Positions 1 to 5,441 of a DNA stretch of 20,000 nucleotides are shown piece by piece; the stretch's first letter is position 1; every line of letters begins with the position of its first letter. The stretch lies in IMG/VR virus record IMGVR_UViG_3300009177_000003; one strand, 5' to 3'. The position numbers and the translations under genes are program-made. The notes below the pieces were generated by a model. That model saw only the letters and a program-made list of their open reading frames with translations. It had not been told where the DNA came from and searched no databases. The DNA is from an uncultured virus (IMG/VR IMGVR_UViG_3300009177_000003). Lineage: Duplodnaviria; Heunggongvirae; Uroviricota; Caudoviricetes.

Positions 1-2
1 CG

Positions 3-152
3 GATGCGCCGCTGCCCGCTGATCAGTTCACCGAGCTGCAGGGCCAGGACACCGACCTGCAAGCCGCTATCGGCGTGTTCGAGGAAGCGCCGCCGCCCGC
101 CACCACTCTGACGGTCAACCTGGGCGAACCGGTCCCGAAGCCCGCGCCGTGA
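3..152 (+). CDS. 3' end of an upstream gene (partial), ...AAIGVFEEAPPPATTLTVNLGEPVPKPAP*
   Basis: Open frame from the window edge to TGA at 150-152 with GC3-rich codons; C-terminus resembles that of the next ORF. Confidence 0.7.
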   Translation, partial: DAPLPADQFTELQGQDTDLQAAIGVFEEAPPPATTLTVNLGEPVPKPAP

Positions 153-181
153 CGTGCCTACCCAACCCGAAAGGATGAGAC

Positions 182-511
182 ATGGCCGACATCAACACCT
201 CGCAGCAGTTCGACATCACGCTTGCGATCACCAACGCGAACGGCGATCCCGCGCCGGTCGATGGCGTGCCTGTATGGGCGTCCAGCGATGAGACAGTGAT
301 CTCTGTGACCGCAGCCGCCGACGGCATGAGTGCCGTCGCTCCGGCGGTGGCTCCGGGCACCGCGCGCATCACGGTGACGGCGGATGCCGATACCGGGAGC
401 GGGGTGACGACGATCACCGGCGTCAGCGAGGACATCACCGTCGTGGTCGATCCAGCGAATCAGGCCAGCGTGATCACGCTGACCTTGGGCGCCCCCGTTC
501 CGAAGACCTGA
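182..511 (+). CDS. Ig-like (Big_2-like) domain protein, possibly virion-associated
   Basis: WASSDETVISV...PGTARITVTA pattern typical of bacterial Ig-like group 2; purine-rich RBS (AGGATGAG) upstream. Confidence 0.75.
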   Translation: MADINTSQQFDITLAITNANGDPAPVDGVPVWASSDETVISVTAAADGMSAVAPAVAPGTARITVTADADTGSGVTTITGVSEDITVVVDPANQASVITLTLGAPVPKT

Positions 512-553
512 TCGCGGCCTCCCCAGACCGACCTTCTACCCAGGCCGCGATCT

Positions 554-586
554 GGCCCCAGGCACTCCGGTGTCTGGGGCCTTTTT
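554..586 (+). terminator. Rho-independent terminator
   Basis: GGCCCCAGGCAC-TCCG-GTGTCTGGGGCC stem (12 bp, one G-U) followed by TTTTT, between convergent genes. Confidence 0.88.
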
Positions 587-1056
587 CATGTCCGCAGCGT
601 CACCGAGGCGATGGCGCGCGGATGCCAGATGCAGCCGCCGGCTACGTCCCAGCCGTAGTACCACATGGCCTCAAGCCGCCGCTCCCAGACGTAGGGCGTG
701 ATGATCAGTCCGTCGTAGCGTTCCATCACCACAGGCCAGTTCAGCCACATCGACCCAAGGCGCGAGATGGGGCCGGCCCACTCCGGGACGACGCACCATT
801 CGGCGCCGAAGGCATCGATGTCGGCTGGCGTGCTCAAGATCAGCACGTTGGCGCCCGGCGCCAGCTCGACATCGTGCGCGTGCGTCAGTCGGTCGGTGCC
901 GAATTTCTCGGCGGCGCACCACGCGGGCCAGTTGTCCTCGCAGGCGTCGTCCGACACCCACAGCCCAGCCGGCTTCATCAGGGCACGATTACCGGGAGGC
1001 AGCGTCCCCGGCCGCAGCTCCCCGAGCGGTTCGCTGGAATAGTGGACGAGCTTCAT
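586..1056 (-). CDS. Phage hypothetical protein, possible ADP-ribosyltransferase-like fold
   Basis: 156 aa, ATGA-coupled to upstream ORF; motifs LVHYS, KPAGLWVS, YDGLII, WYYGWDV. Confidence 0.75.
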   Translation of the reverse strand: MKLVHYSSEPLGELRPGTLPPGNRALMKPAGLWVSDDACEDNWPAWCAAEKFGTDRLTHAHDVELAPGANVLILSTPADIDAFGAEWCVVPEWAGPISRLGSMWLNWPVVMERYDGLIITPYVWERRLEAMWYYGWDVAGGCIWHPRAIASVTLRT

Positions 1057-1319
1057 GCCCAGCCTTCCCGCTCCGGGTCCGGTGCCCGCCCGATCATGCC
1101 AGTGTAGCGCTGGACCATGACCTCAACGTCGGCCAGGGGGACCGGGATCTCATGCAGCACTCGGCCGCTACCGAACATCGCGCGGGCACTGATCTCGAGC
1201 GCCCGTTCGCGTGAATAGCGTCCAGCCTCACTGATACGCTGCGTGTAGCCTATCTCGCCCGGCCCCCACCAAGCCGAGTGCTCGTGCGACCAGATCAGGT
1301 AGTCGCGTGCCTCGCTAAT
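1053..1319 (-). CDS. Phage hypothetical protein (YLIWSHEHSAWW...GYT...AGRYS type), missed by the ORF track; non-canonical start
   Basis: 88-codon open frame exactly filling the gap, TGA overlapping the next ATG; GGAGG 8 nt before an in-frame ATT. Confidence 0.7.
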   Translation of the reverse strand: MSEARDYLIWSHEHSAWWGPGEIGYTQRISEAGRYSRERALEISARAMFGSGRVLHEIPVPLADVEVMVQRYTGMIGRAPDPEREGWA

Positions 1320-1722
1320 CGCCGTTTCCTCCGTTCTGCCAGCCCTGCCCGCTCACTTCATCGAAAATGACTGCCTCATAGGCTCGGATAGCCGCTTGCA
1401 CCGCTCCGTGCAGGAGCTTGGGCTCAATGCGCTCGACCGGGGTCCCCAACCTGGCGCCTAGGGTCTCCATGAGGGCCTGCTTGGCGGCCTCAATGGCTGC
1501 TTCATCGCAGCGATCATTCATCATGTCCCCTCGCGCGTCAGGCTGCGCCCACTCCAGGTCTTCTCGCAGTGTCGCTGCCGAGGCGATGCCAGCGTATCTG
1601 ACGAACACGTAGCTGGCATTGAAGGACGTGATCATCCCCTCCTCAACCTTGCGGCCGGGAAAGTCGCCGTGCTCCCGGTAGATCACTTTTCGGCCGATGT
1701 CCGTGGGTTTTGGCTCGATCAT
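1315..1722 (-). CDS. Hypothetical protein (SH3-like N-terminal half plus helical C-terminal half)
   Basis: Strong RBS (AGGAGG/AGGA) before ATG; 135 aa. Confidence 0.75.
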   Translation of the reverse strand: MIEPKPTDIGRKVIYREHGDFPGRKVEEGMITSFNASYVFVRYAGIASAATLREDLEWAQPDARGDMMNDRCDEAAIEAAKQALMETLGARLGTPVERIEPKLLHGAVQAAIRAYEAVIFDEVSGQGWQNGGNGD

Positions 1723-1726
1723 TTTC

Positions 1727-1765
1727 CTAATTCCTCCTAGCGCGATAAACGGCCTTATCGCGCCT
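1727..1765. repeat. Junction element F: TAGCGCGATAA-ACGGCC-TTATCGCGCCT plus CTAATTCCTCCTAG leader
   Basis: Perfect 9-bp inverted repeat around a 6-bp spacer; related to five other intergenic elements. Confidence 0.85.
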
Positions 1766-1774
1766 GACCGACGA

Positions 1775-2032
1775 TCACGCCCATTTCCCGCCGGCAGGCT
1801 TGATGATTAGGTTCGGCTTATCCTTCGAGAACTCTAGCGGCGTTCCTGGTGGATCAATCCGCTCGATGATGACCTGAAAGCCGCTGACGTTGAGCCGGGT
1901 GCCAACCTTCGGCAGCGGCTTGCCGCGTGGTCCCTTGGTTCGCCAGAGCAAGGTGAAGCGTGGCAGTTGGCCATCTACGCGACGGCAGATCAGTGCGTGC
2001 TTCTGGTCCAGATCGGGGATGCTGTCGCTCAT
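1775..2032 (-). CDS. Hypothetical protein (cassette-like module)
   Basis: 85 aa ORF filling the space between junctions F and E. Confidence 0.7.
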   Translation of the reverse strand: MSDSIPDLDQKHALICRRVDGQLPRFTLLWRTKGPRGKPLPKVGTRLNVSGFQVIIERIDPPGTPLEFSKDKPNLIIKPAGGKWA

Positions 2033-2064
2033 GTTTCGCTTCCGGTGGACGGCGGCTCTCTCAT

Positions 2065-2120
2065 TGATTTCCCTCCCTCTTTTGCCAGTCGGGCGCGGTA
2101 ACTGAGCTGTTATCGCGCGT
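2065..2120. repeat. Junction element E (~54-bp direct repeat copy 1, contains GGGCGCGGTAA-CTGAGCTG-TTATCGCGCGT)
   Basis: Near-identical to 2397-2453; contains the TAA stop of the upstream gene and a GAGGGAGG RBS on the minus strand. Confidence 0.9.
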
Positions 2121-2391
2121 CGTCAGCGTCCTGTAGGCCCATGACAACGTATCCAGGCTCAATGCCAAGCTGGCCGCCCGTCAGGATGTAGCTGATCCGC
2201 TTCCGCACTTCCTTGAAGCTGTAGGAGCCGGGTTCCGTTGTCGAAAGCCCGGTTTTTCGTTCCGTGCACCGCAGCACGAGGATATCGCCACGCTGAAAGC
2301 CGCGATCATCCCGGCGAACCTCAAAGGGCTTCGCGCCGGACGCCACCGCCTCCCAGTAGGGCTGCCACGTTTTCAGGACGTGCTCGGTCAT
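2110..2391 (-). CDS. DUF3850 / ASCH (PUA-like) domain protein
   Basis: HVLKTWQPYWEAVASGAKPFEVRRDDRGFQRGDILVL and GYVVMG signature. Confidence 0.88.
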   Translation of the reverse strand: MTEHVLKTWQPYWEAVASGAKPFEVRRDDRGFQRGDILVLRCTERKTGLSTTEPGSYSFKEVRKRISYILTGGQLGIEPGYVVMGLQDADDAR

Positions 2392-2396
2392 CCGCC

Positions 2397-2453
2397 TGAT
2401 TTCCCTTCCTCTTTTGCCGGCTCAGCGCGGGTAACTGAGCTGTTATCGCGCCC
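2397..2453. repeat. Junction element D (~54-bp direct repeat copy 2, contains AGCGCGGGTAA-CTGAGCTG-TTATCGCGCCC)
   Basis: Near-identical to 2065-2120. Confidence 0.9.
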
Positions 2454-2724
2454 GGCCAACGTCTACGGAGGCGCCAAGCCAGTTGGCTGCCATTGCATAG
2501 AAAACGTGATCTGCGGCTGCCTCGCCCGGAGAATCGCCGCGCGGTCCCAGTTCAAACTGCTGCCCCGTTCCAGCCTGATCTATTTGCCTTTCCAGGGCGG
2601 CGATGGCCCGCAGCATATTGCTGGCGAGTCGTTCGTGAAACGCTAGAAGGTGCTCCGGCGGAAGCTGAGCGAGCCACAGGTCGTATTCAACGACCGGATC
2701 GTCGAGGTCGAGATCGCTCTGCAT
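2443..2724 (-). CDS. Hypothetical helical protein (cassette-like module)
   Basis: AGGAG RBS; TAA stop lies inside junction D. Confidence 0.7.
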   Translation of the reverse strand: MQSDLDLDDPVVEYDLWLAQLPPEHLLAFHERLASNMLRAIAALERQIDQAGTGQQFELGPRGDSPGEAAADHVFYAMAANWLGASVDVGRAR

Positions 2725-2733
2725 TGGGCGCTC

Positions 2734-2773
2734 CTAAATTCCACTAGGCGCGAGAAGCGGGACTATGGCGCCC
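2734..2773. repeat. Junction element C: CTAAATTCCACTAG leader plus AGGCGCGAGAA-GCGGGA-CTATGGCGCCC
   Basis: Degenerate 11-6-11 inverted repeat; contains the TAG stop of the upstream gene. Confidence 0.75.
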
Positions 2774-2999
2774 GGCTTAGGGCCTCCCTGATCTTGTCCA
2801 TGGTCCCTGCGTTCGGCGCCGTGTTGAACATCATGTCGTCCACCACCTCCTGAAGCAGCGAGCGCAGCCGCCCGATCTCTTCATCAGACACCCGCAGCAT
2901 CTCGCGGGCTGCACGCATCGCAGCTTCACGGTCTTGCTCGTAGGCGCTGTCGTCCGATTGCAACCAGTCAGCCGCCGCCTCAATGCGAGCATGGCTCAT
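2763..2999 (-). CDS. Hypothetical coiled-coil protein (MSHARIE...), cassette-like module
   Basis: Start moved to ATG at 2999 after a GGGAG RBS, which removes the overlap with the upstream gene. Confidence 0.7.
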   Translation of the reverse strand: MSHARIEAAADWLQSDDSAYEQDREAAMRAAREMLRVSDEEIGRLRSLLQEVVDDMMFNTAPNAGTMDKIREALSRAP

Positions 3000-3009
3000 G
3001 TTTCGCTCC

Positions 3010-3028
3010 CTAATTCCACTAGGCGCGG
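3010..3028. repeat. Junction element B (half site): CTAATTCCACTAGGCGCGG
   Basis: Matches the leader and one arm of junction C; contains the TAG stop of the HNH gene. Confidence 0.75.
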
Positions 3029-3513
3029 TCGGCATAGCGCCATCCACTCATCGATCGCGAGGCGCGGTAGCGTGCTGTTGCAGGGTGTATCCCATAATGC
3101 CGGGCCGCTGATTTTATTGACGGGAAGAGACCATCGGGCGTCTGGCACGCTTTGGCCTGCCTTGAGTCGGCGCCATTTTCCTTCGCGGAACCACAGAAGA
3201 TATTGCCCAGCTCATAGGGGCCGCGGTCGTTGAATCGGCACATACGCCACTGTCCCAAACCCTTCCCGCGTTCCGCTCCTGGCCCTTTTCGAGCAAGGGC
3301 ATCGTGCCACCAGTTGAACCACGCCTCATAAGTCAGATTGAATTCGATGCCACGTCTGGCTGCCTGTTTTCTGTGTGCCTCACAGGCCATCCGGCTGAGC
3401 ATGTGGCCCTTGCAACAGTCCCGACAAAAGGTCGCACGGCCGTCTGCCGAGAACATGGTGTAGTGAAAATCGGCGATGTCTTTGTTTTCCCCACACTTTT
3501 CGCAATGCTTCAT
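3019..3513 (-). CDS. Putative HNH-like homing endonuclease (N-terminal Zn ribbon, C-terminal NUMOD1-like HTH)
   Basis: CEKC...CRDC; GIEFNLTYEAW; MCRFNDRGPYELGNIF; FPSIKSAARHYGI; visibly lower GC than flanks. Confidence 0.75.
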   Translation of the reverse strand: MKHCEKCGENKDIADFHYTMFSADGRATFCRDCCKGHMLSRMACEAHRKQAARRGIEFNLTYEAWFNWWHDALARKGPGAERGKGLGQWRMCRFNDRGPYELGNIFCGSAKENGADSRQAKACQTPDGLFPSIKSAARHYGIHPATARYRASRSMSGWRYADRA

Positions 3514-3524
3514 GGGTGCCTCGG

Positions 3525-3564
3525 GTAAATTCCACTACTCCACATAATCGGGGTTATCGCGCCT
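3525..3564. repeat. Junction element A: GTAAATTCCACTAC leader plus ACTCCACATAA-TCGGGG-TTATCGCGCCT
   Basis: Minus strand reads AGGCGCGATAA CCCCGA TTATGTGGAGT, a dif-like 11-6-11 geometry. Confidence 0.8.
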
Positions 3565-3781
3565 AGGTGCCCTCCGGTGCGATTTCCGGCACGCTCCGCT
3601 CGATCTCGTCGGCGATGAAGCGCAACATCCGCGACAGCCCTGCGGTGACGGCCGGCGTCGCCTGAACCGAGAACCCACTCCCCGCAGGGCCGCCGATCAC
3701 CACAACGATCACGCCCTCTGCCGCCGCCTGCTCGCGGACGAGCGTCGCGAGGTCGTCGTATTTTCCGGGTCCGGCTGGCAT
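3563..3781 (-). CDS. Small phage hypothetical protein
   Basis: 72 aa, GGAGG upstream, GPGKYDDL...GSGFSVQ. Confidence 0.75.
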   Translation of the reverse strand: MPAGPGKYDDLATLVREQAAAEGVIVVVIGGPAGSGFSVQATPAVTAGLSRMLRFIADEIERSVPEIAPEGT

Positions 3782-3799
3782 AGCTTCTTTTGACCTCCG

Positions 3800-3994
3800 T
3801 CATCCACCCCCTCGAATCCGGCGAAGCAGCTGCGACAGGCGCCATGGCCGCATCGCCCTGGCCTCGGCCAGCTGCTGGCGCAGCGCCTCCGCGGGGCATT
3901 CCATCTCCTTTTCTTTCGGCAGCGAGGCGCACATCCCGCACGTCTCGACCCCCCACCACCGGGCGCCGCAGCGCGGACAGCGCCAGGGTTTCAT
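3800..3994 (-). CDS. Small Zn-ribbon protein
   Basis: CPRC...CGMC; ATGA coupling. Confidence 0.65.
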   Translation of the reverse strand: MKPWRCPRCGARWWGVETCGMCASLPKEKEMECPAEALRQQLAEARAMRPWRLSQLLRRIRGGG

Positions 3995-4179
3995 TCGTCG
4001 CGTCCCATTTCCCGCAGCGCTTCCTCCCGCTCCTTCGGATCCATCCGCGCCAGGATCTTCTCGATCTCGCGCATCAGCATTTCACAGTACGTGTAGGGAA
4101 AGGCTTCCCACGCGGCCGCGAGATGGACCAACACCACGAGCGAGATCAGCCAAAGCCCGAGTTCGACGGTTAGGATCAT
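3991..4179 (-). CDS. Small membrane protein (MILTVELGLWLISLVVLVHL...)
   Basis: ATGA-coupled on both sides; hydrophobic N-terminus. Confidence 0.65.
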   Translation of the reverse strand: MILTVELGLWLISLVVLVHLAAAWEAFPYTYCEMLMREIEKILARMDPKEREEALREMGRDE

Positions 4180-4556
4180 GCCAACTTCAACATAAACAGC
4201 CCCGGCTGCCGATCTTGCACCGGCTCGACTACCCGGACGCCGATGGCGCGAGCCTGCCGCACGCAATCCCGGGTCCCCTTCCCGCCCGGAAACGCCAGAA
4301 CGACGTCGGGCTTCGCATCCAGCAGCATGTGCTTGTTACGTTCCGGCCCAGCACGATCCCCGCGGCTCCAGTCGGCCTTATAGGTCACGAGGGGCACCTT
4401 GCGCCGGCGCGCCCAGGCGGCGGCGAGACGGTCGGCCCCCGGAGCTCCGCCCTGCCCGAGGATCTCGATGCCGTAGTTGTTGTGCCAGAGGTCCAGCACA
4501 TGCCAGAGCGTCTGCCGGTCGGCGTAATTCCTCCCGCCGCACACCACGACCATCAT
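4176..4556 (-). CDS. YspA/SLOG family (DUF2493-like) protein
   Basis: VVVCGGRNY...GGAPGADRLA...ADW...AGPERN..ML...VLAFPGGKGT; start at ATG 4556. Confidence 0.9.
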   Translation of the reverse strand: MMVVVCGGRNYADRQTLWHVLDLWHNNYGIEILGQGGAPGADRLAAAWARRRKVPLVTYKADWSRGDRAGPERNKHMLLDAKPDVVLAFPGGKGTRDCVRQARAIGVRVVEPVQDRQPGLFMLKLA

Positions 4557-4726
4557 GCGGCGTCCCTTTCGTGCGGCAGCCGGCGCCGCATTTCCTCCCG
4601 CTCCTCCGGATCCCCGATCCCGGCGATGAACGAGCAGGTCAGGCAACGTCCGTGCTCTGGCGGGCGGCCCAGCGCCATCGAATGGATCGACCAGCCGCAG
4701 TCGCAGCATATGAATGTCACGCTCAT
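4553..4726 (-). CDS. Small Zn-finger protein (MSVTFICCDCG...RCLTCSF), not in ORF track
   Basis: 57 aa, two CxxC pairs, ATGA-coupled to the SLOG gene. Confidence 0.65.
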   Translation of the reverse strand: MSVTFICCDCGWSIHSMALGRPPEHGRCLTCSFIAGIGDPEEREEMRRRLPHERDAA

Positions 4727-4736
4727 GCCCGCCCTT

Positions 4737-4952
4737 TCACCATCCTTGGGGTGGAACGGGATCGTGGATCACCATGCGCCGGCTATCCGGGTCGAGGCTG
4801 GCGAACCAGTAGGTCGCCTCGGCCTCAATGGCCTGGGTTGCGACTCGCGGCGGCAGGGCATCGCGCGCCACGAAACGGGCGACGCGCCCCTCCCTGTCGA
4901 TGATCTCCCAGTGCCTATGATCGGCGCGAGGCCGCATAACCTTGACGATCAT
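4737..4952 (-). CDS. Hypothetical protein (MIVKVMRPR...)
   Basis: GAGGAGG RBS before ATG 4952. Confidence 0.7.
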   Translation of the reverse strand: MIVKVMRPRADHRHWEIIDREGRVARFVARDALPPRVATQAIEAEATYWFASLDPDSRRMVIHDPVPPQGW

Positions 4953-5025
4953 AGAGTCCTCCTCTCTTGCGCGAATCTTTGCGGTGTGTACCCGGCACGA
5001 CAGTCGCCCATTTTCCGGAGGCCGC

Positions 5026-5418
5026 GTGTCGGAAGACGAGATCCCCCAGGACGAGCTGGCTGGGGACAAGCTGGCCAACTACACGATCAAGAACCTGCCC
5101 TTGCGGGCCCGGATGCGGGCCTCGAACGCAGCCAGGATGGCCGGCCGGCCGCTCGGCCAATGGATGGACTGGGCGATCGGCCTTGCGGCCGACCAGCAGG
5201 AGCGGAACGCGGTGCTGCCTGGGGGCGACAGTCGTGCCCTCGTGCCCCCGGGCTCCGAGGCGACGGCCCCGGCGCTGCCAGGGGCGACAGTCGCCCCTCC
5301 GGATCCGATGCTCTGTCTGGTGCACGCCGCCGTGGCGCTGAGCGGGGTCGGTGTGCGGAATACCAAGGTCGTGCGGCAGGCGCGTGACCTCGTCAGCCGA
5401 AAGCTGCTCGAGCTGTAG
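5026..5418 (+). CDS. Putative ribbon-helix-helix DNA-binding protein, counter-oriented in the left arm
   Basis: GGAGG before GTG; NYTIKNLPLRARMRASNAARMAGRPLGQWMDWAI fits a strand-helix-G-helix RHH pattern. Confidence 0.65.
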   Translation: MSEDEIPQDELAGDKLANYTIKNLPLRARMRASNAARMAGRPLGQWMDWAIGLAADQQERNAVLPGGDSRALVPPGSEATAPALPGATVAPPDPMLCLVHAAVALSGVGVRNTKVVRQARDLVSRKLLEL

Positions 5419-5441
5419 GCGACGCTGGCGTAGCGACGGCA

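Noticed and set aside
1727..3564. CRISPR array or classical integron attC array
   Set aside because: Intervening units are whole genes rather than 30-40 bp spacers. The elements are ~28-30 bp, shorter than attC, and lack proper RYYYAAC/GTTRRRY ends and L boxes; no intI or cas gene is visible.
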